64,000 nucleotides of DNA from positions 1 through 64,000 of the forward strand of contig CAWCNY010000002.1 of the NCBI GenBank assembly GCA_963797095.1, in the 5' to 3' direction. Numbering within the stretch: the stretch's first letter is position 1; every line of letters begins with the position of its first letter. The DNA is from an uncultured Chloroflexia bacterium. GTDB taxonomy: Bacteria; Chloroflexota; Chloroflexia; QHBQ01; JADMIH01. Below, piece after piece: positions 30,138 through 40,900 of the stretch. Made by a program: the position numbers and the translations under genes. A model generated the notes under the pieces. The model was not told where the DNA came from. It ran no database searches and worked only from the letters and a program-made list of their open reading frames with translations.

Positions 30138-31205
30138 ATGTCGCCCAACGCACACCCCGCCATGCAGGATGTACCCATCTTCTACCATCCGGCGTCTCTC
30201 CTGCACAGCACCGGCAATCACCCGGAAAACGCGGGCCGTATACGCGCAATCCTGGCGGCCCTCGAACGCACAGGACGCCCCGAAAGTACGCTCATTCAGC
30301 CCGACCCTGTTTCGCTCGACCTTCTTTCCCAGGTCCACGACCCGCGCTATATAGCCACAGTTGAACAGATGGCTCGGTCAGGCGGCGGCTACTGGGATTT
30401 TGACACCTACATCTCGCCCGGTTCCTACGATGCCGCGATCATGGGTGCGGGCGCAGCTGTGGCCACCGTCGATAGCGTCATGCTGGGCACTCGTTCAGCC
30501 TTCGCGATCATGAGACCCCCAGGCCACCACGCTCGACGCCTGTCGGCCATGGGTTTTTGCATCTTCAACAACATAGCTTTGGCCGCCCAGCACGCCATCA
30601 GCAACTACGGTCTGGAGCGCGTCCTGATCGTGGACTGGGATATCCACCACGGCAACGGAACCCAGGAATACTTCTACGACCGCGCCGATGTGCTATTCTT
30701 CAGCACCCACCGCTACCCCTTCTATCCGGGTACAGGCGCGCTCAACGAAACCGGCACGGGCAAGGGCCGGGGTTACACCATGAACGTGCCCTTGCCCGCC
30801 GCTGTAGGCGATGCAGGCTACAACCAAATATTCGAGCAAATCCTTATCCCCCTCGCCAACCGCTACCGCCCTCAGCTAACCCTCATTTCCGCGGGCTACG
30901 ATGCCCACATAGCCGATCCCCTCGGCGACACAGCCGTTAGCGTCGCAGGCTTCGCCCAAATGGCCCTCACAGTGCGACTGCTGGCCGACCGGATCGTCGA
31001 GTGTGAAGGCAGGGTGGCAGCTATCCTCGAAGGGGGATATAATGCTGAAGCACTGGCCGAATCGGTGCTGGCAACTATAGCCATGTTGGGTGTGCCCAAT
31101 CCTACCAGCATAGATGACACTCAGGAGCGACCAACCTCCACAGGTAGCCGCTCCCCAGATATAACAGACATAATCCAACAGGTCCGTCAGACCCACAATC
31201 TATAG
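30138..31205 (+). CDS. Histone deacetylase family protein
   Basis: HPE, RPPGHHA, GFCIFNN, DWDIHHGNGTQ, SAGYDAH, LEGGY. Confidence 0.93.
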   Translation: MSPNAHPAMQDVPIFYHPASLLHSTGNHPENAGRIRAILAALERTGRPESTLIQPDPVSLDLLSQVHDPRYIATVEQMARSGGGYWDFDTYISPGSYDAAIMGAGAAVATVDSVMLGTRSAFAIMRPPGHHARRLSAMGFCIFNNIALAAQHAISNYGLERVLIVDWDIHHGNGTQEYFYDRADVLFFSTHRYPFYPGTGALNETGTGKGRGYTMNVPLPAAVGDAGYNQIFEQILIPLANRYRPQLTLISAGYDAHIADPLGDTAVSVAGFAQMALTVRLLADRIVECEGRVAAILEGGYNAEALAESVLATIAMLGVPNPTSIDDTQERPTSTGSRSPDITDIIQQVRQTHNL

Positions 31206-31326
31206 CCACAGATCCAGCCAATTATTAGACAGCAGGCAATACGGAAGTATCACAGCATACCAATCACCCGTCACCCGTCACCCGTCACTCATCAAGCACC
31301 ACATATTACGACAGATCGGAGCCAAC

Positions 31327-32520
31327 ATGGACATGCTCAAAACCTCGCGCGACGAGGATAACAGGCGGCGAGACGAAGCACAGATCTACAGCATGCAGCA
31401 GCAAATTGATGAGTTGCGCCGCCAACTGAAAGAGAACCTCGCCCGCCAGCAGTGGTTCGAGGAACTCTACAAGCAAAATGAAGGCAAAGTCTCGCAGGTG
31501 CAGGTTGCCCAGGACCGCCTCACCCACGACGTCTCGCAATCAATGCACGCCCGTCAGATCGAGGATGCCCGCCTGAAAACGCAGGTCGCCGAGCTTACTC
31601 AACGCGTAGAAGCGCCTGAGAAGCAGATCCGTGACCTGCGCGCCCAGGTGCATGAGCTTTCCGAGGCCCGCAAAACTGATCGCGATGTGGATACCTCAGC
31701 CCAGCGCCAGATCGATGAATTGCAATCACATATTCGCGAGCTAAACTCCCACATAGGCCAGGTCACCGACTCACAACGCCAGTTGCGCGACCTGATCCAG
31801 GAGCTTGACTTTGCCCTCGCCGAGGTGCGCCAGGAAGCCGTGCACGTGGCCGAGCTACAGAGCCTCGAGGAGCAGAGACTCCGCAGGCAGGGGATGGAGC
31901 TACAGGGCATGTTCGAGGTCCTTCGCCAGCAGTTTGGTGACGTGTCGGCCAAGTCACAGCGCGTGGACGATGTGCGCCGCCAGCTTACCGAGCGCATCGA
32001 GGCTATCGAGGACCGCGTGGGCGTAGTAACCACCGGCGAGGAGTTGCTCCAGTCCGAGGTTGACCGGGTAGAGAAGCAGTCTAACGAGCAGTACCTTCTC
32101 CAACAGGAGCGGCTTGAAACAGTGCGCGTCCAATTGGAAGCTCAGCTTGGCGAAATGCGCTCCGTCAACGATCAGCGTATGGACCGCATCATGTCGCGCT
32201 TCAACAGCACAGACGACCGCCTGCGAGCTATCGAGCAGACCCTGGCCGAGATGCCCAGCCGCTTCGAAGCTCTCGAAAGGCGCGACGAGGTCCTGGGCAG
32301 CGAAGCCGACACGATAGAGGAATGGCTGGTTGTGCGGCAATTGCAGGCTCTCGAAGCTATGCTCGACGATGTTCGCAAACGCCGAACCGACCGCGCACCC
32401 ACCTTCAACCCTAAGGCCCTACCCGAACCCCCTCCCGGCTCAGTGTACAATCCTGCCGGTTTGATCAAAAGTGTTCGCGACGCCAAGCCGCCCACCGGCA
32501 AGGACGAGGATTTAGACTGA
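31327..32520 (+). CDS. Long coiled-coil protein of unknown function
   Basis: E/Q/R/L-rich heptad pattern over ~350 aa; co-oriented with rsmA-ispE. Confidence 0.75.
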   Translation: MDMLKTSRDEDNRRRDEAQIYSMQQQIDELRRQLKENLARQQWFEELYKQNEGKVSQVQVAQDRLTHDVSQSMHARQIEDARLKTQVAELTQRVEAPEKQIRDLRAQVHELSEARKTDRDVDTSAQRQIDELQSHIRELNSHIGQVTDSQRQLRDLIQELDFALAEVRQEAVHVAELQSLEEQRLRRQGMELQGMFEVLRQQFGDVSAKSQRVDDVRRQLTERIEAIEDRVGVVTTGEELLQSEVDRVEKQSNEQYLLQQERLETVRVQLEAQLGEMRSVNDQRMDRIMSRFNSTDDRLRAIEQTLAEMPSRFEALERRDEVLGSEADTIEEWLVVRQLQALEAMLDDVRKRRTDRAPTFNPKALPEPPPGSVYNPAGLIKSVRDAKPPTGKDEDLD

Positions 32521-32531
32521 TATAAACGTAG

Positions 32532-33383
32532 ATGGCAGACCACAACCGGAGCGGAAGCGGCCCCAACCTCGGCCCCAAGAAGCGCCTTGGACAGCACTTC
32601 CTGCGCGACCGCTCTGTACCGCCGCGAATAGCAGACGCAGCAAATCTTCAACCTGCTGACCAAGTGATTGAGATCGGTCCCGGCCTCGGCATCCTCACCG
32701 AAGAGCTTGCCCGCAAACTCGACCCGGATCGAGGCAAGCTAGTAGCGGTCGAACTGGACCAGGACCTCCTCCCCTCCCTGCGAGAGCGCTTTGCAGGCCA
32801 ACCGCACGTGAGCTTCGTCCAGGCCGACGTGCTGGAAACCTCACCCACCGATCTGAGTGAGAGCCAACCTTACAAGGTGGTCGCCAACCTACCTTACTAC
32901 ATCACATCGGCGATCTTGCGCCACTTCCTCGATGCCGAACACAAGCCGATTTCACTTACCGTCATGGTGCAACGCGAAGTCGCCGACCGCATGGTCGCCC
33001 AACCGCCCAATATGAGCCTCCTCGCCGTAGCGGTCCAGTTCTACGGCAAGCCGCGCACCGTATTTCGCGTTCCACCCGGTGCATTTCGTCCACCTCCCAA
33101 AGTCGATTCGGCAGTGGTCCATATAGAGGTCTATAATCAGGAGCAGAGGCCAATACACCCCTCCGGTGAGCGCCATTTCTTCCGGGTGGTCCAGGCAGGT
33201 TTCAGCCAGAAGCGCAAGCAATTAGCGAATACCATCTCCTCAGGCCTCTCAATACCGAAGGAAACCGCCAGGCAAATGCTCCTATCCGCCAACATCAGCC
33301 CCGACAGGCGCGCCGAAACGCTAACGCTGCAAGAATGGGCGAGACTGGAGGAGGCAGTAACGACGAACGACGAAGGAAGATAG
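32532..33383 (+). CDS. rsmA: 16S rRNA m6,2A dimethyltransferase
   Basis: KKRLGQHFL, EIGPGLG, ANLPYYI, FRPPPKVDS. Confidence 0.96.
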   Translation: MADHNRSGSGPNLGPKKRLGQHFLRDRSVPPRIADAANLQPADQVIEIGPGLGILTEELARKLDPDRGKLVAVELDQDLLPSLRERFAGQPHVSFVQADVLETSPTDLSESQPYKVVANLPYYITSAILRHFLDAEHKPISLTVMVQREVADRMVAQPPNMSLLAVAVQFYGKPRTVFRVPPGAFRPPPKVDSAVVHIEVYNQEQRPIHPSGERHFFRVVQAGFSQKRKQLANTISSGLSIPKETARQMLLSANISPDRRAETLTLQEWARLEEAVTTNDEGR

Positions 33384-33451
33384 ACGAAATACGCAGTACG
33401 AAATACGCAGTACGAAATACGCAGTACGAAATACGCAGTACGAAATACGCA
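33384..33451. repeat. 14-bp tandem repeat (ACGAAATACGCAGT) x~4.9
   Basis: Fills the rsmA-ispE spacer; related copies near 34380 and 36350. Confidence 0.92.
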
Positions 33452-33466
33452 CTATAAACTTCCCAC

Positions 33467-34378
33467 ATGACCACTCCACCCACCACAACCCATACCCGCC
33501 AGGCGTTCGCCAAGCTCAATCTCTGTTTGGAGATCATCGGGCGGCGCGAGGACAATTACCATGAGATCACTTCCGTAATACAGGCAATAGATCTGTCTGA
33601 CACTCTCACATTCGCGCCTGCCGAAGACGGAGTGCTCACCCTTGACTGCGACGACCCGGCCCTGGCATCTGAGGGCGAATCCAACCTTGCGCTTAAAGCT
33701 GCCCGCCTTCTGCAACAAGCCGCAGGCATAACCCTGGGGGCGCATATCACCCTCCAAAAGTGCATACCCCTGGCGGCCGGGCTAGGTGGCGGCAGCAGTG
33801 ACGCAGCGGCTACACTCCTCGGCCTGTCCGACCTCTGGGGTCTCCGCATGGGCAAGCGCGACCTCCTCGACATGGCTTCCACTCTTGGCTCCGATGTGCC
33901 CTTCTTCCTCGAAGGTCCAACAGCCCTCGTCGAGGGCCGAGGCGAGCGCGTCACCCGCATCCCTCCCCCTCCTCCCGGCTGGGCCGTCCTCGTTTGCCCC
34001 CAATACGATCTCAAAGACAAGACCAAGCGCCTCTACTCATCCCTCACGCGCGCCGACCTCAGCGAAGGAATAGTCACACACAGGCTACTTGCCGCCCTGG
34101 TGGCTGGGACCTTTCCCGACTCCACTCTCCTCTATAACGCCTTCGAGCGCGTTGCCTACGATATCTTCGACAACCTTGCCACCACCCGCCAGACCATGAT
34201 CCGAGCAGGCGGGCGCGACGTCCACCTCTCAGGCAGCGGCCCCACCCTCTACACCCTCTACCCGGCCTCCCAGCAAACCCACGCCAGGGACCTCCACACC
34301 GCCCTGCAAACAGCCAACCTCCCAGCCTACCTCGCACAACTAATAACGACCTCCAGCAAGCGCACAAATACAAAGTAA
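33467..34378 (+). CDS. ispE: 4-diphosphocytidyl-2-C-methyl-D-erythritol kinase
   Basis: AKLNLCL, IPLAAGLGGGSSDAA, LGSDVPFF, LSGSGPT. Confidence 0.96.
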   Translation: MTTPPTTTHTRQAFAKLNLCLEIIGRREDNYHEITSVIQAIDLSDTLTFAPAEDGVLTLDCDDPALASEGESNLALKAARLLQQAAGITLGAHITLQKCIPLAAGLGGGSSDAAATLLGLSDLWGLRMGKRDLLDMASTLGSDVPFFLEGPTALVEGRGERVTRIPPPPPGWAVLVCPQYDLKDKTKRLYSSLTRADLSEGIVTHRLLAALVAGTFPDSTLLYNAFERVAYDIFDNLATTRQTMIRAGGRDVHLSGSGPTLYTLYPASQQTHARDLHTALQTANLPAYLAQLITTSSKRTNTK

Positions 34379-34399
34379 GCAGTACGCAGTACCCGTCCC

Positions 34400-35131
34400 A
34401 TGCCCCTCATAATCAACCAGCGTAGACCATACCATCTGTATATTGAAGCCGGAAGCGGAGGGGCCATGGCCCACATCGCCGAGTTGCCGGGCTGCTTCTC
34501 CGTAGGCTCGACCGCAGCCCAGGTCGCAGCCGCCGCGCCGGGCGCCATCACCCGCTTTCTAACTTGGCTCAAGTCGCACCGCGAGCCTATCGTGCCTGAA
34601 GCGTATGTGTTGCGCCCCTCTATGCTCGACATCTCGGTGGCCGAAGTGCGCGAAGAAGGCGCGCCCCTGACAGCGGGCAGCCGCGCCGCCCTCTTCTCTT
34701 TCGATCAGGAACCCTGGGACGATTACAAGCTGGAGCGCACCCTCCGCTGGCTCGACTACAGCCGCACCGATCTCCTGTCGAAGATCGCCGGTCTGAGCGA
34801 GGACGACCTGAAAAGCAGGCGCATAGCCCCCGCCCGCACACTCTGGCGCACCCTCCAGCACGTCGCCAACGCCGAATTCGGCTACATAATCAGGATAGTA
34901 GGCTGGTTGGACGACAAAGAACCTGTCACCGACGACCAACCCGCAGACGTGCGCGAGCGCCTGTCGGCCATACGCGAGATATTCACGCGCTATGCGCGCT
35001 CGATCCGGCCCGACAGGCGCGCCGAGGTCATCTACCCAACCTGGACAAGTAGCCCCGATGAACCCTGGACCCTGACCAAATCGATCCGCCGCGCCCTGGA
35101 ACACGAGCGCGAACATCTGGCTGAACTATAG
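34400..35131 (+). CDS. HicB-like N-terminus fused to DinB-family domain
   Basis: AHIAELPGCFSVG; LQHVANAE, RRALEHEREH. Confidence 0.7.
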   Translation: MPLIINQRRPYHLYIEAGSGGAMAHIAELPGCFSVGSTAAQVAAAAPGAITRFLTWLKSHREPIVPEAYVLRPSMLDISVAEVREEGAPLTAGSRAALFSFDQEPWDDYKLERTLRWLDYSRTDLLSKIAGLSEDDLKSRRIAPARTLWRTLQHVANAEFGYIIRIVGWLDDKEPVTDDQPADVRERLSAIREIFTRYARSIRPDRRAEVIYPTWTSSPDEPWTLTKSIRRALEHEREHLAEL

Positions 35132-35185
35132 TTCCAAGTTCCAAGTTTGGAATTCCCCACTTCAATTATCAACTACCGACTACCG

Positions 35186-35233
35186 GGAACTCGGAACTCG
35201 GAACTCGGAACTCGGAACTCGGAACTCGGAACT
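35186..35233. repeat. Heptamer tandem repeat (GGAACTC) x~7 between convergent genes
   Basis: Read directly from the sequence. Confidence 0.92.
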
Positions 35234-35235
35234 TC

Positions 35236-36318
35236 CTACTTCGGCGGCAACTGCACGAACTGATTAGTAAACATCTGTGTCACGTCGCCTTTCTTGGTGA
35301 TCAGATTGGCTTCCATCAGCAAGTCCTGTGTGGAGTTCCACACCCCTTCATCCGTCCAACCTGGGTAAGGCACAGGCGCTTTGGCCGTGGGATCGTTGGG
35401 GTTCGCCTGGAACAACTTGATCGTCTCCTGCAATATCTGCATCTGGAGCGTTTCATTCGCGCCGCCTGCGTCCGGCACCTGCTTGAGAGTCTCCTTGAAC
35501 GCTTCCGATGGGTCCGCGATAGTGTCCTGGATGCCCCTCAGCGTGGCGCGCACAACCTTCCCCACCAGAGCAGGGTTTTCTGAGAAGGTCTTATTGTTGG
35601 TGGCAAGCCCGTTCGAAGCCAACTGCACGTAGTCTGCCACCTTCAGTGTGCTGACCTTCACTCCCTGGCTCGCCAACTGCACAGGCTCATTGGCCGCATA
35701 CACCATCGCCACATCAACCTGCCCCGCCGTAAGGCTTGCCACCTGCGTAAAGCCTATGCTGTCCATCTGGATATCGGTCTGACTCAGGCCCCCGGCCTTT
35801 AAGAGCGCCAGCAATCCGGTGTATGTTGAGCCATAAGGCCCAGGCACACCCACAGTATGCCCCTTCAAATCAGCGGGCGATGTGAGGGTCGGCCCTTTGC
35901 CCTCTATCGATGCAGCGGCTACAGGGTACTGCCTGTACCACGTCATAACATACTTCACGGGCACGCCTTGCAGCCATGCCGGGATGATCTCGTCCCCCGA
36001 CACCACAGCGAAATTCACCCCGTCCGTGCCCTGCCCTAGCTGCGTGATAAGGTCGGTCACGAGGCCGTTTTGCAGGGTAACGTCTAGCCCTTCGTCTTTG
36101 TAATACCCCTTGTTGAGCGCAAGATAGAAAGGCGCGAATTGCACGTCAGGTATATACCCCAACGTAATCGTAACTTTGGTCAACTCCGCACTGGGCGAGG
36201 TTGGCGTTGGCACCCCACCCACAGGCGTAGGCGTAGTAGGCGACACATTGTCGCACCCCGCTATCAGCATGGCAACCACAACGCTCAGGCCCAGCAACCT
36301 ATAAAGCTTCCCTCTCAT
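35236..36318 (-). CDS. ribY: NMT1/THI5-type ABC substrate-binding lipoprotein, probable riboflavin transporter RibY
   Basis: Lipobox LIAGC, LGYIPDVQFAPFY; under FMN riboswitch; start taken at MRGKL. Confidence 0.82.
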   Translation of the reverse strand: MRGKLYRLLGLSVVVAMLIAGCDNVSPTTPTPVGGVPTPTSPSAELTKVTITLGYIPDVQFAPFYLALNKGYYKDEGLDVTLQNGLVTDLITQLGQGTDGVNFAVVSGDEIIPAWLQGVPVKYVMTWYRQYPVAAASIEGKGPTLTSPADLKGHTVGVPGPYGSTYTGLLALLKAGGLSQTDIQMDSIGFTQVASLTAGQVDVAMVYAANEPVQLASQGVKVSTLKVADYVQLASNGLATNNKTFSENPALVGKVVRATLRGIQDTIADPSEAFKETLKQVPDAGGANETLQMQILQETIKLFQANPNDPTAKAPVPYPGWTDEGVWNSTQDLLMEANLITKKGDVTQMFTNQFVQLPPK

Positions 36319-36386
36319 CCCAACTCCTCCTATGGTGTCCAAAATAAGCAATACGCAGTACGAAGCACATAGCTTGCGTACACGCC

Positions 36387-37331
36387 CTACTCCCAATCAA
36401 TAACTATCCTCTCAAACAGGCTCACTCCGAGATACGAAACCAGAGTGAGCAAAGCCAGTGACACCAACCCAACGAAGGTGCGCGATGTATCGAACAGGCC
36501 ACGCCCCTCCATGAGCAAGAAACCCAATCCCGAATTCGACGACACAAACTCGCCCACTACCGCACCTGTAATCGACAGCGTAAGACCTAGCTTGATGCCG
36601 CCCAGCAACCCGCGCAATGACAAGGGCAGTTCAACATACCTGATCGTCTGAAAGAGGTTCGCTCCTGATATGCGCGCTACCTCCAGCATAGAGCGATCGA
36701 TACTCCGCAAGCCCACAATCGTGTTTACCAGGATCGGGAAGAAGACGATCAGGGCCACGATCACAACCTTACGCGCCAGATCGTCCGAGATCCACAGCAC
36801 AAGGAGCGGAGCAAGCGCGACCACGGGCAAGCCCTGGCTGACCGCCAGGTAAGGGCTGATGATACGCTCAAGCAGGCGCGAATGCGCTATGGGGTAGCCG
36901 AGGCCCACGCCGAGCACCAGCGCCACCAGGAAGCCCAACCCGGCCTCCAACACCGTCGTCCTGAAATGGAGCAGCAGCGTGCCATTAAGGAGCATGGTCC
37001 AGGCGAGCGAGGCCACATCGGCGGGCGTGGGCAGCAGATATGTCGGATAATTGCCGATCACCGCCACCAGCCACCACACTACGAGCAGCACCACCAGCGT
37101 GATCAACACTCCAAGCGTCTTGCGTAAGCCCTGCCTGCCAAGCCGCACAACCGGCTCAAGCAACACCCATAGCGCCGAACGAAATATGCGCTCAGTGCGA
37201 TGAGGGACTATTGAGCGCTCTTTACCCTCACTCGCGGGCGATTGCTGGCTCAGGCTTCTCTGATCTGTCGACTGTAGGTCCGCGTCATTTGCAACGCGCT
37301 TTGCGTGTACTTTCATATCCTTAACCAACAA
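36387..37331 (-). CDS. ribX: ABC permease, probable RibX
   Basis: SsuC/TauC-like (FFPILVNT, GAVVGEF); first gene after FMN riboswitch. Confidence 0.82.
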   Translation of the reverse strand: MLVKDMKVHAKRVANDADLQSTDQRSLSQQSPASEGKERSIVPHRTERIFRSALWVLLEPVVRLGRQGLRKTLGVLITLVVLLVVWWLVAVIGNYPTYLLPTPADVASLAWTMLLNGTLLLHFRTTVLEAGLGFLVALVLGVGLGYPIAHSRLLERIISPYLAVSQGLPVVALAPLLVLWISDDLARKVVIVALIVFFPILVNTIVGLRSIDRSMLEVARISGANLFQTIRYVELPLSLRGLLGGIKLGLTLSITGAVVGEFVSSNSGLGFLLMEGRGLFDTSRTFVGLVSLALLTLVSYLGVSLFERIVIDWE

Positions 37332-37487
37332 GAAACCCCGGTTGCACGAGGCTTCCAGGGGTCAGATGATGTAGCAGAGTGGAGACGTGGCGGGGCCATG
37401 CCTCAATGCCTTTGGAGAGCCTGACGCGTAGCCCATCCCTCAATGGGGAGTGAGTGCTGTGTCGTGGTCTCACGCGGCTCTGCTGGA

Positions 37488-37612
37488 CTTTCTTCCATCC
37501 GGACTATACCGTCGGCCCCGGCTTCCCACCGGATCCTACCTTGCGGCTCGCGGGCTTGGCCTTTTATGCCTTACCGCCGATCGGGAATTTCACCCTGCCC
37601 TGAAAGTCTGCT
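37488..37612 (-). ncRNA. FMN riboswitch (RFN element)
   Basis: Reverse complement reads TTCAGGGCAGGGTGAAATTCCCGATCGGCGGT...AGCCCGCGAGC...GATCCGGTG..AAGCCGGGGCCGACGGTATAGTCCGGATGGAAGAAAG, matching the RFN consensus. Confidence 0.95.
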
Positions 37613-37771
37613 ATATTCTATTAGCCTAAGTATAAAGATTCAGGGCGTAAAATTCAAGGTCCTCAGAGGCACTTGTTTTTATCTAAATGGAGTCGGATGA
37701 TTCGTCAAAGTTCCGGCAAGTCGCAATATTGGGTTGTCAAATGACTCCCCCTTATGCACGGAACTTGGCGA

Positions 37772-37817
37772 TGGCGCGCCCGGAGTGATTCAAACCCCCG
37801 ACCCTCCGATTCCGAAG
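37772..37817 (-). repeat. Degenerate tRNA-Arg 3'-half copy (att site)
   Basis: tggcgcgcccggagtgattcaaacccccgaccctccgattccgaag matches 47498-47542 with a few changes. Confidence 0.9.
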
Positions 37818-37966
37818 CTATCCACGCCTAAACGCTGGGCTTCACACGTCAATTGTGCCACATTTTAGCCGGAGTTATCGGGTGTAATTAGAGCCTCTGA
37901 TAGAACAAGGAATTCATTAATATGTGTACGAGCATCAACCGTCCGGTTATGATGTCTAGAAGAAGA

Positions 37967-40900
37967 CTAGCCTTCCGAGTTGAGAAGACGTATCTTCTCA
38001 ACTACGACTACCGGGTGCATCTTCAACGCCACCGCGTCTGCCAGCTGTAGGTCGGAAGGCGGTTGTACTCCTATTGCACGGCCCTTCCCTGTGATTTGTG
38101 CTCGCCCACTTACCAAGTAAGGGCCGTTGCCTCCTTTGGCTAGCACTTCAATATGAGCCTTGTAAGCATCGGGGAACAGCACAGTCTCTATCAGGCCGTA
38201 GCGGTCTTGCAGAGTGAGGAAGAGCATCACGCTACCGTCTTTGCACGTGTGCCTGTGACCTGCCGCCGCTATCCCCGCCACCTTTACTTCGCGTTCCGCA
38301 TACCTGTGTAGCTCCTTTGAGGGCACAGCTTCAGGCACTTCTATTAGCTCCATCTCGTTGCACGTCAGCGAGAAGCCTACCACTTCCTGTTCCAACCTCA
38401 GCTTCTCAATCGCAGTGTACTCTTCAACATGTGGCATTTCGATGCGCAAGGTGTCGTCCCCTAGAATTCTTGGACTGGCGCTGTCCTGCCTTTGCAGGAT
38501 ATCCCCCATCACACCTTGCATTCCCAGACCTACGGCTCCCTCTGAGCCGGTCGCTACAGACAGATGGGTCAGGCTATTTCGATTGGCCTGCCTTGCTGGC
38601 TTACGAGCAAACAGGAGTTGCGGGAGGAGGGCCATCATCTGTCTCCGATTCATTGAGGACAACGAGTGCGGCGAATAGACAGCTCCTATTGGCTCGCCCA
38701 TCTCACCAGGCAAGGGAGCAATTGAAGCAACAGAGGAGATAGAAGGGATAGAGGGAAGTGGAAACGGCACAGAGGAGCCTAAGTCGTCACAAGCGCCAAC
38801 CTTCACCAACGCTGTGATCTCGGTCGGGCTCATCTGTACCCTGGACATCAAATCGAGCACGGAGCGGAAATGCCCTCCACTTCGCCGCTCCGTGAGCAGG
38901 GCCGATATGGTCTTCTCCGACACCCCTTTCACGAACTGTAGGCCGAACCTTATGCTTCGAGTAGCGGGTGGCACTTCACACCAAGCGCCACTCTCGTTGA
39001 TATGAGGTAATAGCAGGCGAACGCGCAATCGCCTCGCGTCCTCCACGTACACCGATGGGCCGTAGTAGCCTCCCTGGTTGTTGAGCATGGCTGCAATATA
39101 TTCGGCTGGATAGTGAGCTTTCACATAGGCCGAACGGTAGGCTGTGAGGGCGTAGGTGTGGGCATGGGCGGCGCAGAAGCCGAACCCGCTGTAGCCTGAC
39201 ACTATCTCCCACACCTTCTCGGCCCGTAGCTGGTCGATGCCGCGCTCGATTGCGCCTGCCACGAACCGGCTGCCCAGCCTGGCGCGCTCCTCGGCTGAGC
39301 CTGCTTTGCCCAGGGCTTTGCGTAGCTGCTCGGCTTCCCCCAGCCCTAACCCGGCAAGCTGATGCACCAACTTCAAGAATTGCTCTTGATACAGGATCAC
39401 TCCGTTCGTCTCTTTGAGCAAAGGTTCCATAGATGGGTGCGGGTAGGTGACCGGCGCTTGCCCCAGGTGGCGGCGCATGAATGTTTCGAGGAAGCCTCCC
39501 TCCAATGGGCCTGGTCGGAAAAGGGACACTGCCATCGCAAGCTCGCCCAAACTGTGGGGTCTGAGCCACTTTACGAGGCCGCGCATACCTGGCGATTCCA
39601 GTTGGAAGCAGCCAAGGGTGTCGCCGTTAGCAATCATGCGGTAGGTGCGCTCATCGTCAAAGGGGATAGCTTCCAGAGCCTGCCCCACGCTATCGCTCCC
39701 TTTAGCCAGCCCTGACGCCCTGAGCGCATCCACGAGGGTGGTGAGGGCACGGCTCCCCAGCAAGTCCATCTTCACAAGGCCCAGGGCCTCTATGGCGTCC
39801 TTTTCGTACTGAGTGATGCTCATGCTCGGATCGCGAGCGGCTCGTTGGAGAGGTACGAGGTCGGCCAGGGGGATGTGAGAGGGGGTTATCACCACCCCGG
39901 CGCAGTGCATACCGGCATGGCGGGGCAGGCCCTGTATGGCGCGGGCAAGTTCGAAAGCTCGTTGTTCGTGTTCACCGCTTAGTCTGGGGGCAGAAGCTTC
40001 TTCGGAGTAGGTATCTGCTGCTTCCGTGCCGGGTTCATCTATGCCATCTATACCATCCATGCTTTCCAACCCGGTCTCTGCTTCGGCCTCCTCGTCGCGC
40101 TCCTGTTGGGAGATATGGGACAGGCGGTTTGCTATGTAGCTTATTCGCCCAGGGGTGACACCCATTGCCTTCGCCATCTCGCGCCAGGCCGAGCGCAGGC
40201 GGAAGGTGATATGAGTGCCTACTATAGCGGCGTGGTCGCGTCCGTACCGCTCGTAGACGTAGTGCAGCACCTCGTCCCGCCTGCGCCAGCACAGGTCGAG
40301 GTCTATGTCGGGTAACTCAAACTCGGCACGCTCTCGGCTCAGGAACCGCTCGAAGAGGAGGTCATGCTGGAGAGGGTCTATCTGGGTGATGCCAAGCACA
40401 TAGGCCACCAGACTATCGGCAGCAGACCCACGCGCCATGATCGGGATGTCGCGGGAATGGGCGAAATGCACGATGTCATACACGACAAGGAAGTAGGGAG
40501 AGAAGCCGAGAGACTCTATCACTTCCAGCTCGTATTTCAGGCGAGCTATCACATCCTGGGTAAGGGGACGGTAACGACGAGTGGCCCCCGCAAAACAGAG
40601 CTTCCAGAGCCTGGAAAAGGGAGTTTCACTACCTTGAAGATCTACCGACGGAAAGAGGGGTTTATGAAGAGGCAATTCGAGGTTACACTGGTCGGCTATG
40701 AACTGGGTGTTGGCTATGGCCTGCGCACCCTGTGGGTAGGCGCTGAATAGCTCTACCATCTCCTCCGCCGATTTGAAGTAGCGCTCGGTGCCCACCTCAT
40801 CTGTAAGGGAATTGCCTTCCTGGTATTGTCCATGTGCGGTCTCGAATATGTCGGGTGCATCCAGGGAGGCGCGACCCCTGGCTCCTATCCTGGCAGAGGC

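Noticed and set aside
33384-33451. Possible CRISPR array among the tandem repeats (also 14222-14303 and 57097-57193)
   Set aside because: No unique spacers of CRISPR length, too few or too short units, and no cas genes in the window
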